Positions 28,247 to 38,070 are shown, counted from the stretch's first letter. The stretch is 64,000 nt of DNA from Candidatus Parcubacteria bacterium (GCA_027324805.1 DAHVRZ010000001.1:2945-66944); one strand, 5' to 3'. Program-made: numbers and translations. The notes: generated from the sequence alone by a model not told the origin.

Positions 28247-29825
28247 GATCAGGCCCGTAGCCCTGATCATCCTCGACGGCTGGGGTCACCGGGAAGACGC
28301 CTCTCATAACGCCATCGCCAAAGCACGCACGCCCTTCTTTGATTCGCTCCTTGCGCGCTATCCGCACACGCTTCTCGACGCGAGCGAGGAATACGTCGGC
28401 CTGCCGCACGGCCAGATGGGCAACAGCGAGATCGGCCATATGACGATGGGGGCCGGACAGGTCATTGACGTCGATCTCGTGAAGATCAACAAGGCCGCCG
28501 AGCACGGAGCATTTTCGACGAATCCCGCTTTCACCGAGCTCTTCGACCATGTGAAACGCCACGATGCCACCCTGCATGTGATGGGGCTTGTCGGCACGGG
28601 CGGCGTACATAGCCATCAGAACCATCTTCATGCATTCCTCCGCGCCGCGAAAGCGACAGGTATAACGAAGGTCGCCGTTCACGCAATTACCGATGGGCGC
28701 GATCTTCCTCCGCAAAGCGCCGCAAACCATCTCCGCGAACTCGAGGCGCTCCTCGCCGATCTCGGCATCGGCTTCATTGCCACCATGGGCGGCCGTTTCT
28801 ATGCCATGGACCGCGATAAGAACTGGGACCGCGTCGGGAAGGCCGAAGCGGCGGTCTTTGAAGGCAATGCTGCCCGGCGCGAATCCCGCACGCCGTCCGC
28901 AGTACTCGAAGAGTTATATAAAGAGGGCGTGATGGATGAACACCTTGAACCGGTCGTATTCCTCGACGGCATCGGCAGGAATGGAGCGGCGGGCGACGGG
29001 GGTGCAGCGTGGACGATCGGCGCGCACGACGGCGTTTTCTTCTTCAACTTCCGCCCCGACCGGGCACGCCAGATGACGGAGCGGTTCCTTGCGCACAGGA
29101 ATCCGCTCGATCTCTTCATTGTCACGCTCACCGAATACGACAAAACGCTCACTGCCGCCGGCGCTCACGTGGCATTCCCGCAAAGCCGTGCCACAACCTC
29201 GCTTGCAGCTGAGATCGCGGCCGGCGGACTCACGCAGGCGCACATCGCCGAAACGGAAAAGTATGCGCATGTCACCTATTTTTTCAATGGAGGCAACGAA
29301 GCGCCGCACAAGGGCGAACGATTCTATCTTATCGAGAGCCGCAAAGACGTTGCAACGCACGACCTTGCGCCCGAAATGCGAGCAAAGGAGATCGCGGATA
29401 CGGCAATCGAACGTATCGCCGCAGGTGATGATTTTCTCGTGGTGAATTTCGCGAACGCCGATATGGTCGGCCATACGGCAAACCGTCCGGCGATCGTGGC
29501 CGCGGTGGAAACCGTGGACCTCGAACTCCGGCGCATCGTGGATGCCATCCTCGCGCGCACCGGCGCGGCGATCGTAACGGCGGACCATGGCAATGCGGAA
29601 ATGAACAGAGATCCCGAGACCGGCGCACGCCACACCGCACATACCACGAATCTCGTCCCTTTTGTCGTCGCGTCAGACAACCCATTATTACATCTCCGTA
29701 CACGCGGCAGGACTGATGCCGGTCATGAAGCGTCAGGCACACTCGCCGATATCGCACCCACCATCCTCCATCTTCTCGGTCTTCCTGTTCCCGAAGGCAT
29801 GACGGGAAGAAACATGATCGAATAA
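28239..29825 (+). CDS. gpmI: Cofactor-independent phosphoglycerate mutase, canonical
   Basis: GNSEIGH, GGVHSH, TDGRD, NFRPDR, AETEKY, DMVGH, TADHGN, HTAHT; start overlaps the eno stop. Confidence 0.95.
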   Translation: MDKIRPVALIILDGWGHREDASHNAIAKARTPFFDSLLARYPHTLLDASEEYVGLPHGQMGNSEIGHMTMGAGQVIDVDLVKINKAAEHGAFSTNPAFTELFDHVKRHDATLHVMGLVGTGGVHSHQNHLHAFLRAAKATGITKVAVHAITDGRDLPPQSAANHLRELEALLADLGIGFIATMGGRFYAMDRDKNWDRVGKAEAAVFEGNAARRESRTPSAVLEELYKEGVMDEHLEPVVFLDGIGRNGAAGDGGAAWTIGAHDGVFFFNFRPDRARQMTERFLAHRNPLDLFIVTLTEYDKTLTAAGAHVAFPQSRATTSLAAEIAAGGLTQAHIAETEKYAHVTYFFNGGNEAPHKGERFYLIESRKDVATHDLAPEMRAKEIADTAIERIAAGDDFLVVNFANADMVGHTANRPAIVAAVETVDLELRRIVDAILARTGAAIVTADHGNAEMNRDPETGARHTAHTTNLVPFVVASDNPLLHLRTRGRTDAGHEASGTLADIAPTILHLLGLPVPEGMTGRNMIE

Positions 29826-29826
29826 T

Positions 29827-29856
29827 ATAAAACCCCGCATTCCTGCGGGGTTTTAT
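29827..29856. terminator. Bidirectional terminator
   Basis: ATAAAACCCCGCA-TTCC-TGCGGGGTTTTAT. Confidence 0.85.
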
Positions 29857-29865
29857 GAATGCATC

Positions 29866-30195
29866 CTAGTCATCAGAACCACCCCCTCCGCCTTCATTGT
29901 CTCCCGGACGGCGGATAACGGGCGGAGGTGGAATTTGCGTCGAAGACGGGGCGATCGTCGAACCTGTCTGCGTTCCGGTTGTCGCCGGCGTAGTCGCGGC
30001 TTTGGATGGCGTCGCCGTTGCGGTTCCTGCCTTTTGCGCCGCATCCGACGCCGAACCTATGGCTTGCGACGGCACGGACGCGGGGACGACGACGGTATTC
30101 CCCTGCTGTAACATGGGCGCCGCGATAATGAGCGCACCAATAAGCAGGGCATTTACAAAGAACATCCAATTATCACCGGACCCTCTCATATTCAT
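29866..30195 (-). CDS. Small membrane-anchored T/P-rich protein
   Basis: One TM plus low-complexity tail; last gene of the redox operon. Confidence 0.6.
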   Translation of the reverse strand: MNMRGSGDNWMFFVNALLIGALIIAAPMLQQGNTVVVPASVPSQAIGSASDAAQKAGTATATPSKAATTPATTGTQTGSTIAPSSTQIPPPPVIRRPGDNEGGGGGSDD

Positions 30196-30204
30196 CCTTA
30201 CATA

Positions 30205-31722
30205 TTACGCGAATCCCGGGAAAAAATCGCTCTTGATACGGAAGCGGGACACGCCCATATCCTTCAATGTTTTTTCGAACGCTTCGACCATCGCATGGGG
30301 GCCGGAGATGTAGAACGTGCGATCCCGATAATCCGGGATCTGCCTCATAATGAGGCCCGCATCGATCTTCCCTGCATACACCCCGGACGACGAAGCATTC
30401 CCGTCCGTCACGGCATACACCGTTCGCACGCCGAGCTCGGTCCGTGCCCTTTCGAGGATATCGCCATAAGCGATATCATCGGGTGCCTTGTTCGAATACA
30501 GCACTACGATATCGCGCTGTTCACCTTTGTCCAAAAGATAACGGATCATACTTCTGAACGGCGTGATGCCTATGCCTCCGGCAATGAATACAAGCTTTTT
30601 CTTTTTATTCCTCGGCAGAACAAATCCACCCGAAAGATGAGCCGCGGATATTCGGTCGCCCACCTTCATCGCCGCAAGCGTCTGTTTGAACGTGCTTGCC
30701 TTTGGATAGAACTTCACGCCGAGGCGCACGGTGCTCTCCGTCGGCGCCGACGCAAGCGTAAAGTATCGCCGATTGCCGCGATTGTCCGAACCATCGTGCG
30801 CAAGCGTCCACTCCATGTACTGACCCGGCGCGAACGAGAACCTTCTGTCAGGAGAGAACACAAAGTCGTACGCGTCATTCGCAGCTTCTTCAATGCGCTT
30901 CAGTGTAAGCATATAGCGTCCTTTAGGGCTTACGATATATGAAAAGATGTTTCCAATAAGGAGCGCGAGCTCCGGCGAGAGATAGAATCCCCCTATATTC
31001 ACATTCGGCGCAAAAAGGAATCCAACGAGTGCGCCGTACGCGATGCGCAATGGGCGATTCGGGGGCGTGGTGAGCGGCTCCGTGAGCATGATAAACGCGA
31101 AGAAAAAGAACGCCGAATGGATTATCGTCTGCACGATCGCGGTCCACGCATTCCCCTGCCCCGCGGTCACCGCGGACGTCACGAGCGCCACGAGTGCGAA
31201 GCTTGCCACAAGGTCCGTCCTCTGAATCTTGCGCACAACGAGCAATCCTCCGACAAGAACGAACGGAAGGAGCGCAAGATTGCCTCCGACCCACCACGTT
31301 GCGGCGCGGCCGATAAGCAGCGCGGAAAGTGCGGCACCGAATGCGGCGGGATTGAAAAGATGCCGCTTGCCGAGCGCAAAAAGATATTTCGATGCCATCG
31401 CCCAGACGGAAACGAAGATAAGGAATCCTATGCCGGCGGCATCGGTCGCAACGGCCGGCGGAATAATGAGCGCAAGGATGAACGCCGTGATGTATACGGA
31501 CTCGACATTCGTGACCGCATCGAACACTTTTGCAAAGATCCAATTTGCGGCGATGCATACGGCCATAATGACCGCCGCCGAGAAGACAAGCTCCGCGGGA
31601 CCGAACGGGAGGATACCGAAGAAACTGAACACAAATGCCGCTCCAAGGAGAACCTCAAGATAGTAGAGCACCAGACGATACATGGTCGTCCGATTCAGGA
31701 TATTATCGATCCATTTGGGCAT
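30205..31722 (-). CDS. RnfD/NqrB-like membrane domain fused to FNR-type FAD/NAD oxidoreductase
   Basis: SKY...HLFNPAA, FIMLTEPLTTP; PGQY, RYFTLAS, IAGGIGITPF, YISGP. Confidence 0.85.
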   Translation of the reverse strand: MPKWIDNILNRTTMYRLVLYYLEVLLGAAFVFSFFGILPFGPAELVFSAAVIMAVCIAANWIFAKVFDAVTNVESVYITAFILALIIPPAVATDAAGIGFLIFVSVWAMASKYLFALGKRHLFNPAAFGAALSALLIGRAATWWVGGNLALLPFVLVGGLLVVRKIQRTDLVASFALVALVTSAVTAGQGNAWTAIVQTIIHSAFFFFAFIMLTEPLTTPPNRPLRIAYGALVGFLFAPNVNIGGFYLSPELALLIGNIFSYIVSPKGRYMLTLKRIEEAANDAYDFVFSPDRRFSFAPGQYMEWTLAHDGSDNRGNRRYFTLASAPTESTVRLGVKFYPKASTFKQTLAAMKVGDRISAAHLSGGFVLPRNKKKKLVFIAGGIGITPFRSMIRYLLDKGEQRDIVVLYSNKAPDDIAYGDILERARTELGVRTVYAVTDGNASSSGVYAGKIDAGLIMRQIPDYRDRTFYISGPHAMVEAFEKTLKDMGVSRFRIKSDFFPGFA

Positions 31723-31729
31723 CGGATGA

Positions 31730-32314
31730 TTATGCTTTTGCCTGCGCGAGCGCCGAGGCGAGCGACTGCTGGAATGCCTGGCTCGTGAACGTCGCGCCCG
31801 AGACGATGTTCACGTTCGCGCTCTGGGCCGCAATGGCCTCCTGCGTGAGATAAGGCATCGCCTGCTCGTTGATGAAAACCGACGTGCTGTGCGTGTTCGG
31901 ATACTGGAGGAACTTCACGTCCGTCAGCTTGCCGCCCTGAACAACCGCCTCGACCTGGACCGTGCCGTAATAGGCATCCGCCTGGCCGCCGGTATAGGTT
32001 CCATCGGTATACTGCCCTTTTGGCTTCGGCGCTTGCGTCGGCGCCGGAGATGATGTCGCGCCGGAAGAGCTTCCGGATGGAGCTGCGGCACCCGAAGAAG
32101 ATTGACCCAAAGAGGCGGATGACCGGCTACCGGAAGGAGGGTTCCCCGCCGCCTGATTCCCCGAGGAGGAGGGCGCGGTCGTTGCCGTGCCGCTGTTCTC
32201 TGCGATCGCGGGCGTCGTTGCCGAGGGCGCCGTCGAAGCCGCTCCTTGGCCCATGAACACCATATAGAACGCGGAGGCCGCGATAAGTCCCAGTGAAACG
32301 AGGAATTTCTTCAT
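31730..32314 (-). CDS. Exported FMN-binding (RnfG/NqrC-like, flavinylation target) protein
   Basis: Signal/TM, S/A/P linker, YTDGTYTG...YG.VQV, VSGATFTS motif. Confidence 0.88.
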   Translation of the reverse strand: MKKFLVSLGLIAASAFYMVFMGQGAASTAPSATTPAIAENSGTATTAPSSSGNQAAGNPPSGSRSSASLGQSSSGAAAPSGSSSGATSSPAPTQAPKPKGQYTDGTYTGGQADAYYGTVQVEAVVQGGKLTDVKFLQYPNTHSTSVFINEQAMPYLTQEAIAAQSANVNIVSGATFTSQAFQQSLASALAQAKA

Positions 32315-32336
32315 GGAATACGAAGGGTTTCTTTCC

Positions 32337-32405
32337 TGATAGTACGCAAGCAAACTCGGGTTTTATGCGTTACGCACTGTAATTCCCGCGCGGCGCGTAC
32401 TATCA
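32337..32405. promoter_or_regulatory. Symmetric bidirectional promoter, putative ECF-dependent
   Basis: TGATAGTACGC and GCGTACTATCA inverted pair centred on palindrome TGCGTTACGCA. Confidence 0.6.
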
Positions 32406-32427
32406 TTAAATATCATCAATCGGCACT

Positions 32428-33036
32428 ATGTCGAGTTTCGCGATTATGGCATACAACGATAACGCTACGGAAGAATCGCGGACCGAGAGCGCCGACGAAG
32501 CGCTTGTCCCCCTCGCGATAGCTGACGATCGCTATTTTGGGATACTCGTCGAACGCTACGAGACGAGGCTGCGGCGCTATATCATGCGTTTCATCAATTG
32601 CAGTCCCGAGGATGCCGAAGATATCGTGCAGGACACCTTCATCAACGTCTATCGCAATCTGAACGGTTTCGACACCGACCTCAAGTTTTCGTCGTGGCTG
32701 TATCGCATTGCCCATAATGAGGCAGTGAGCCACCTGCGTCGCATCACGGCGAGACCCGCAACGCCATGGGAGGACGACAAGCTCGAAGCACTCGCGTCGG
32801 ATGCCGATGTGGAGCGCGAGCTTCACAGGAAAATGGACGGCACCATAATCCGCGCAGCGGTCGATCGCCTCGATGCGAAATACAAAGAAGCGCTCGTTCT
32901 CCGTTACTTCGAGGATAAGAGCTACGAAGAAATATCGGACATCCTCCAGAAGCCGACGGGGAGCGTATCGTCGCTCATCACGCGGGCAAAACGCCTTCTC
33001 GTCAAAGAACTTAAAAAGGCCGCGACGGAACAATAA
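32428..33036 (+). CDS. ECF RNA polymerase sigma factor
   Basis: AEDIVQDTF, FSSWLYRIAHN, SYEEISDIL..P.GSV. Confidence 0.93.
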   Translation: MSSFAIMAYNDNATEESRTESADEALVPLAIADDRYFGILVERYETRLRRYIMRFINCSPEDAEDIVQDTFINVYRNLNGFDTDLKFSSWLYRIAHNEAVSHLRRITARPATPWEDDKLEALASDADVERELHRKMDGTIIRAAVDRLDAKYKEALVLRYFEDKSYEEISDILQKPTGSVSSLITRAKRLLVKELKKAATEQ

Positions 33037-33046
33037 CGACAACGCC

Positions 33047-33544
33047 ATGTCCGACACCAGCGAAAAAATACTCAAAGAGATCCATGAGCGCCACGTGACG
33101 CACCGGCCGAGGTGGCATTTCCTCATCAGAAATGCATCGGTCTTGACCGCACTCGCCGCCGCGATTTTCTTTGGCGCCCTTTCCATCAGCATCGAAGAGT
33201 CCGTGCTTGAAAAAGGATTCGGCATCGGCGGAGCGTTCGGCTTCAGTTCCGTAAAACTCCTCCTCCAGGGCGTCTCGCTGCTTTGGATCGCTTCCACCGC
33301 CATCTTCATCGTACTCGCATTTCTCAACCTCAGGCACGTAAGGGAAGGGTACCGTTGGCGCGCCTCGTGGATCGTCGTCGGCATCGTCGTCGTGGTGATA
33401 ACCTTCGGCCTCCTCTTCCGGCAGGAAGGGATCGGCGAGCGCGCGGAGTCGGCGCTCGAACGCAATTCGTTCTATAATGGAGCTTTCCACATCGACCACC
33501 CCAATGACGAACCCCAACAGCCGTACGGAGCAGGAAATCCATAA
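33047..33544 (+). CDS. Putative membrane anti-sigma factor
   Basis: Directly after the ECF gene; about 3 TMs; ILKEI....RPRWHF. Confidence 0.6.
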   Translation: MSDTSEKILKEIHERHVTHRPRWHFLIRNASVLTALAAAIFFGALSISIEESVLEKGFGIGGAFGFSSVKLLLQGVSLLWIASTAIFIVLAFLNLRHVREGYRWRASWIVVGIVVVVITFGLLFRQEGIGERAESALERNSFYNGAFHIDHPNDEPQQPYGAGNP

Positions 33545-34004
33545 AGTATTCGACATCACACTCCTGCTTAAAGGACTCCACGCTTCCCTCGAGGTGCTCG
33601 GCGGGATCGCCCTTTACGCCGTGAGTGCCGGCGGCATCCTCAATCTTGCAAATGCGCTTTTCGGCGGCGAGATCGGCGAGGATCCGCACGACCCGATCGC
33701 CAACTATCTCCTCGGCCTCGCGCAGACATTCGGCGCGAATGACCGTTCATTCGCCGCATTCTATCTTCTCACCCACGGCATCGCGAACGGCCTCATCGTC
33801 ATCGCCCTTTGGCGCGAAGAGATCTGGGCCTATCCCATATCATTCGCGGTCCTCGGCTCGTTCATCGTCTACCAGCTTTACCTGCTCACGCTCGGCTTCT
33901 CCTGGTGGATCGTCGCCATCACCGTGCTCGACGCCGCCATCGTCGCGCTTGTATGGCATGAATACGGCGTACTCAAGACGCGGCGCGCCGCAACGCGGGG
34001 ATAA
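33504..34004 (+). CDS. DUF2127-like membrane protein
   Basis: LKGL.A.LEVLGG, EDPHD, YLLTHG, WAYP. Confidence 0.75.
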   Translation: MTNPNSRTEQEIHKVFDITLLLKGLHASLEVLGGIALYAVSAGGILNLANALFGGEIGEDPHDPIANYLLGLAQTFGANDRSFAAFYLLTHGIANGLIVIALWREEIWAYPISFAVLGSFIVYQLYLLTLGFSWWIVAITVLDAAIVALVWHEYGVLKTRRAATRG

Positions 34005-34059
34005 AAAATCCCCGTCCGACATTCCTGTCGAGCGGGGCCTCTTCTTATGCTCCTGTTTT

Positions 34060-34569
34060 TTAACGGATCTCATGCGCCATGCGTCGCAAGCCTCCGGCGC
34101 ACAGTTCGAAGTGCCTGGAAAGCTTTTTGAAGAGCGGCGCTTCGCCGGGGTTTTCGACCTCATCGAACAATGCAACGATGAGATAACTTTCCTTCCCCGT
34201 CTTCACAATCTCGACGGGATCCTTGGGCTGGTCCACCCACCGCGTGCGGGAACTCCTGAAACTTTCCGGAAATACGCCCGCAAGAAATAATGCATAATCG
34301 CCGATATGTTGGCGCACATTGCGTTCCTCGCCGAACGATGCCGCACTCCCCAGAATCGGATCAGCCCTTTCAATAAGGTTCTCCATTCTGATAATCGGTT
34401 TTCCGCCGGTGTCGCAGATGCTCCACAAACGGTCGCTCGCGCAAAATTCGGCGAGGACCCCTGCGACATACTCCTGCATCCGTTCGTCGCGCAACTCAAT
34501 GAATGGGCTGAACGCCTGCCGCACGATCGGGTTGAAAAATGGCTTCAAATAGTCCGCCGTCTGTTTCAC
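34060..34569 (-). CDS. Conserved hypothetical protein (SD-led, GTG start)
   Basis: GGAGGG before GTG; RQHIGDYALFLAGVFPE motif. Confidence 0.75.
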   Translation of the reverse strand: MKQTADYLKPFFNPIVRQAFSPFIELRDERMQEYVAGVLAEFCASDRLWSICDTGGKPIIRMENLIERADPILGSAASFGEERNVRQHIGDYALFLAGVFPESFRSSRTRWVDQPKDPVEIVKTGKESYLIVALFDEVENPGEAPLFKKLSRHFELCAGGLRRMAHEIR

Positions 34570-34703
34570 GATCCCCTCCGAAGACGAAGTTTCGCCCTGT
34601 GTCCTTCTTTCTAAATACCGCAAAGGCAAAAAGGAAGCAAGCCGGCCACATGGTGCGATCCGGGTCCCGCTCCAAGACATGCACGCGATGGTATAGTTGA
34701 ATC

Positions 34704-35660
34704 ATGCCGACGCGGAAGAATATCATCATCTGGATAAAATATTCCCAAAAGGAAATCTTCTCGCCGTACTATCATAAAGGCCCATCATATCTCGCCCTTC
34801 TCGGGGAGCTGTACGGACGCGGACACCGCGTATTCCTCTCGTTCGGCGCCGCGGATCTGCACGGAGAAGATGCCTTCTTTTCTCCGGCGGCGGAATACCG
34901 GGACGGCGCCCTGCAGGCGCCGGAGTCCGCAGATCCGGTCCGCGCCGATGTTATTTATAACCTGGGCAATATCCCTGCTATTCATGGGGTGTCGCCCATT
35001 ACGAACACGCCTGCGTTCAGGACATTTTTCGCCTCAAAGTATGCTGCTTATGAACTTCTGCGCGAATTCTTCCCCCGGACGATACGCGTGAAACGGAAAG
35101 AGGATCTTTCGGCGGCGCTCGCGCAATTGCCCAATGAACGTGCGGTATTCAAACCGGACACAGGCACGAATGGACGCGGTGTAACGATGATGAAAAGAGG
35201 CGGGACGGCATTCAACGAAGAAATGTGCGCGATCATCGCCGAACCGGGAGGCGCGATCCTTCAGGAATTCGTTGACACAGCGTCGGGCATCTCTGGCGCA
35301 TGCGATTCATATCACGATCTGCGCATTGTCGTTATGAACAGGGGGGTCATCGCGCTCACGCACGTGCGCATCCCCGAACCCGGCAGTCTTATCGCCAACT
35401 ACGCACAGGGTGCGACCATCCGCGAACTTTCGCCGGCGGATCTCCCCAAAAGCGTCCTTACACTTCACCGCGCCGTTTATGAAACGATCGCCGCACGATT
35501 CCCGAATCCGATGTATACGATGGATGCGGGCATCGGCGCGGATGGACGGCCTCTTCTCTTTGAGATCAACGGTACGACAGCATTCCCCTGGCCCGGATTC
35601 GCAGGGAAAGAATTCTTTATAAAAACCCTGGCAGAGCACCTTGAGAAGCAGATGCTATAA
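34704..35660 (+). CDS. ATP-grasp (RimK/GshB-like) ligase
   Basis: VFKP..G.NGRGV, ILQEFVD, HDLR, ANYAQG, FEIN. Confidence 0.85.
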   Translation: MPTRKNIIIWIKYSQKEIFSPYYHKGPSYLALLGELYGRGHRVFLSFGAADLHGEDAFFSPAAEYRDGALQAPESADPVRADVIYNLGNIPAIHGVSPITNTPAFRTFFASKYAAYELLREFFPRTIRVKRKEDLSAALAQLPNERAVFKPDTGTNGRGVTMMKRGGTAFNEEMCAIIAEPGGAILQEFVDTASGISGACDSYHDLRIVVMNRGVIALTHVRIPEPGSLIANYAQGATIRELSPADLPKSVLTLHRAVYETIAARFPNPMYTMDAGIGADGRPLLFEINGTTAFPWPGFAGKEFFIKTLAEHLEKQML

Positions 35661-35679
35661 GGCGATGGTCCGAAGGTTA

Positions 35680-36630
35680 TTAATAATAATTTGATCTAAT
35701 CTTCGCCCAAGTCTCCCCTCGTTTTTTCATATCTTCCAATTTACGCTTCGCGGCATTAAGAGTTTCGAAACTCATTAAATTATGGAATGCCTCCGATGAT
35801 GTCTTATCGCTAAATGGACTAACGGCCGCCAAAAGGGCTCCCGTGGCAGCCAGACTTCCATAACCAAGTTTTGATAATATCTTTTTCGCGCCAACTTGAT
35901 TATTGATAGTGTTCTCCAGTTCCCGGATCACCTCGAAGGCTTTTTGATATTCCTCCGTGCTGATAGGTTCCGAATGCCTCGTTTCAAAATTGAAGCGTTG
36001 ACCCTTATTCCATGTCTGCGCACCGGCTGCGACCCTCATCGCATTTGCCTCAGCGAGCGCATCGTCTTCATTCAACCGACCCCTATCTTCGGAGGGGATG
36101 CCGATACCCGACTTTTGGGCCTCTCTGCGCTGCCGCTCTTTTACTTCTCTATAGTGCTCAATGAGGAGCTGTCTGCTTATGGGGCTGCTTCCTGGATACC
36201 ATTCCACCTCCCCGCCTCGAGGCTGTACAAGTTGAAGCGATAACCCTCCATCCTCGGTTCTGCAAATATAAAAATCGGTCTTGTATCCGCGTTTTGCGTC
36301 TGCAATGAAGCGATCCGCAATTTCCTCAGGGGGCAGATCAAGATCCGTGAAATCCGCACTATCAATTTCGGAATATATCGGAGTCTCTTTCCCGTCAATG
36401 AGCGTTTTGGCGCCCCGATGCTCCAGAAAGGGTCCCGCTTCCTTTTTGTTTATAAATACTTCTCCGCCTTCTTGGCCTTCCATAAAAGATTGCCGCTTCC
36501 CCATTGCCGCTTCTTCGGATGTTTTGGAAAGTTCGTTCATCACACTTTTCGATGATGAATTTTCCACGCTTTCCTGGGCGCGTTGTTCGAGATCGTTCTT
36601 CCAATCTTCAAATTTTTCTTCCGATGCCAT
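35680..36630 (-). CDS. Hypothetical charged protein, low GC
   Basis: 316-aa ORF with TAACAT -10 six nt upstream. Confidence 0.75.
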   Translation of the reverse strand: MASEEKFEDWKNDLEQRAQESVENSSSKSVMNELSKTSEEAAMGKRQSFMEGQEGGEVFINKKEAGPFLEHRGAKTLIDGKETPIYSEIDSADFTDLDLPPEEIADRFIADAKRGYKTDFYICRTEDGGLSLQLVQPRGGEVEWYPGSSPISRQLLIEHYREVKERQRREAQKSGIGIPSEDRGRLNEDDALAEANAMRVAAGAQTWNKGQRFNFETRHSEPISTEEYQKAFEVIRELENTINNQVGAKKILSKLGYGSLAATGALLAAVSPFSDKTSSEAFHNLMSFETLNAAKRKLEDMKKRGETWAKIRSNYY

Positions 36631-36763
36631 GGTTTAATGTTAGCACAATGAGGTGGAGCCGACCCGGACAGGTGGCAAACTCTGATCGCGGAGCTTTATA
36701 AAGCGCTCTTGCTCACGGGGTCGGATTTGGATTAAGGCAACGCAAACTCCTAGCCATCAACCT

Positions 36764-37069
36764 TTAATTCACCTTCCAGGGCGGAGAAAATTTTCCTTCC
36801 GTCGAGAGAACCTTTCCGCGCCTCCACGTATACCATGCCATCGGGAGAAGAATGATCACAGGGAACATCGCCACTAATAGCACAACAAACGTATGCAGGA
36901 GGAACGAAAAAAATAATCCTCCCAAGAAGATGATCACAGCGAACACAACGTAAATAATGGCATTGATTCTCATTTTCCAACCGTCTACCTTATAAACAGT
37001 AGAAACTACTTCTTGACCAACGCTCTCTGGTTGATTTTGCTGCTGCCCGTCGGGCTGTTGTGGATCCAT
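36764..37069 (-). CDS. Small 2-TM membrane protein
   Basis: ORF co-oriented with and just downstream of the PLDc_N-like gene. Confidence 0.65.
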   Translation of the reverse strand: MDPQQPDGQQQNQPESVGQEVVSTVYKVDGWKMRINAIIYVVFAVIIFLGGLFFSFLLHTFVVLLVAMFPVIILLPMAWYTWRRGKVLSTEGKFSPPWKVN

Positions 37070-37073
37070 AAAT

Positions 37074-37442
37074 TTAGTGAGTGGCTGCGGTCGACGAAAT
37101 TCCCGCAGGCGTAGATGGGGGCATATCTTCGCAATGCCGTTTTACGGCAAAATAATACACGATGGCACCAATGATACCAAAAAGAAGAATAATGATTATC
37201 CAAAGTGCCTTATCATGGATCGGATGGCGGATGGCATGAACAAGCATCCATATCCAAAGGATCAGCGCAAGTATTGCGACCACGATGACAAACACGACTA
37301 TACCGAGTTCCAAACCAGCAACCCACGCTATCGGACCAAAAACTTGGCTACATGGCACAGGTTGGCCATTAACCATGCAATTCGACGAGGATGAGACTAT
37401 CGTCGTCTGGGCATGCGCTGCCAAAACACCCAACCAATTCAT
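37074..37442 (-). CDS. PLDc_N-like membrane protein
   Basis: LWIWMLVHA...K.LWIIIILLFGIIGAIVYYF. Confidence 0.75.
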   Translation of the reverse strand: MNWLGVLAAHAQTTIVSSSSNCMVNGQPVPCSQVFGPIAWVAGLELGIVVFVIVVAILALILWIWMLVHAIRHPIHDKALWIIIILLFGIIGAIVYYFAVKRHCEDMPPSTPAGISSTAATH

Positions 37443-37555
37443 ACAATCATTATAACACTCCCGGAAATCCAGTTTCCCTTCCGCCCAACTCCCCTCCTTC
37501 TGGGAGGAAATAGTCCAAATTGGCAAACTCGAAATAATGCACTATCCATAACGAA

Positions 37556-37580
37556 AATCGAACTCTTTTGGAGTTCGATT
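37556..37580 (-). terminator. tmRNA terminator hairpin
   Basis: AATCGAACTC / GAGTTCGATT 10-bp inverted repeat just past the tmRNA 3' end. Confidence 0.6.
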
Positions 37581-37589
37581 CCGGGACTG

Positions 37590-37901
37590 TGGAGACGGGC
37601 GGAGTCGAACCGCCGTGTAATGATGGTGACGTGGGCCGTCTACGGGCGTAGTCTAAACGAGTTTAGGCAGAAATGGTCCTAGGTTCTCGCCCTGCGCATA
37701 GGGCCGTCTGCGCGAGGCCAGTCTCCTTGTATAAGACCGGTATCAGCTCAAGAGACCCGAACTGGCCGATCCCGAACTAGGCGAAAGCGAAGCTCGGAGC
37801 TGCAACTTTGGAGTTGGCAGTTATAGATTGTGCGGCGATTACGTCGCCGCCATCGGCCCGCAAACCCACGGAAGATCATTATCGAAGCCGGGTGCGTCCC
37901 C
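37590..37901 (-). ncRNA. ssrA: tmRNA; tag (A)ANSKVAAPSFAFA*
   Basis: 5' GGGGACG pairs with 3' CGTCTCC-A (G3:U70); GGTTCGACTCC T-arm; resume context ATAACT-GCC. Confidence 0.93.
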
Positions 37902-38070
37902 AATATTAAGATGCACATCCCCATGACAAATAACCGGATTCTCTAAAGGGAAATGCTTGGTTATTATACTATATTTTTGAACTATTTGCAATTTACTCGC
38001 GCCAAGGAAACGGCCGCTCCTCCGGTGGTATAATAAAACTGCAAAGGTCGTAATACGGGCTTTCCTTATT

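Noticed and set aside
21932..34037. Recurring ATTCC in hairpin loops (about 21944, 22002, 23501, 29839, 34021) as a REP family or CsrA sites
   Set aside because: In the two clearest cases the TTCC loop is a GGAA (GNRA) tetraloop on the minus strand of ordinary terminators, and the stems share no sequence.
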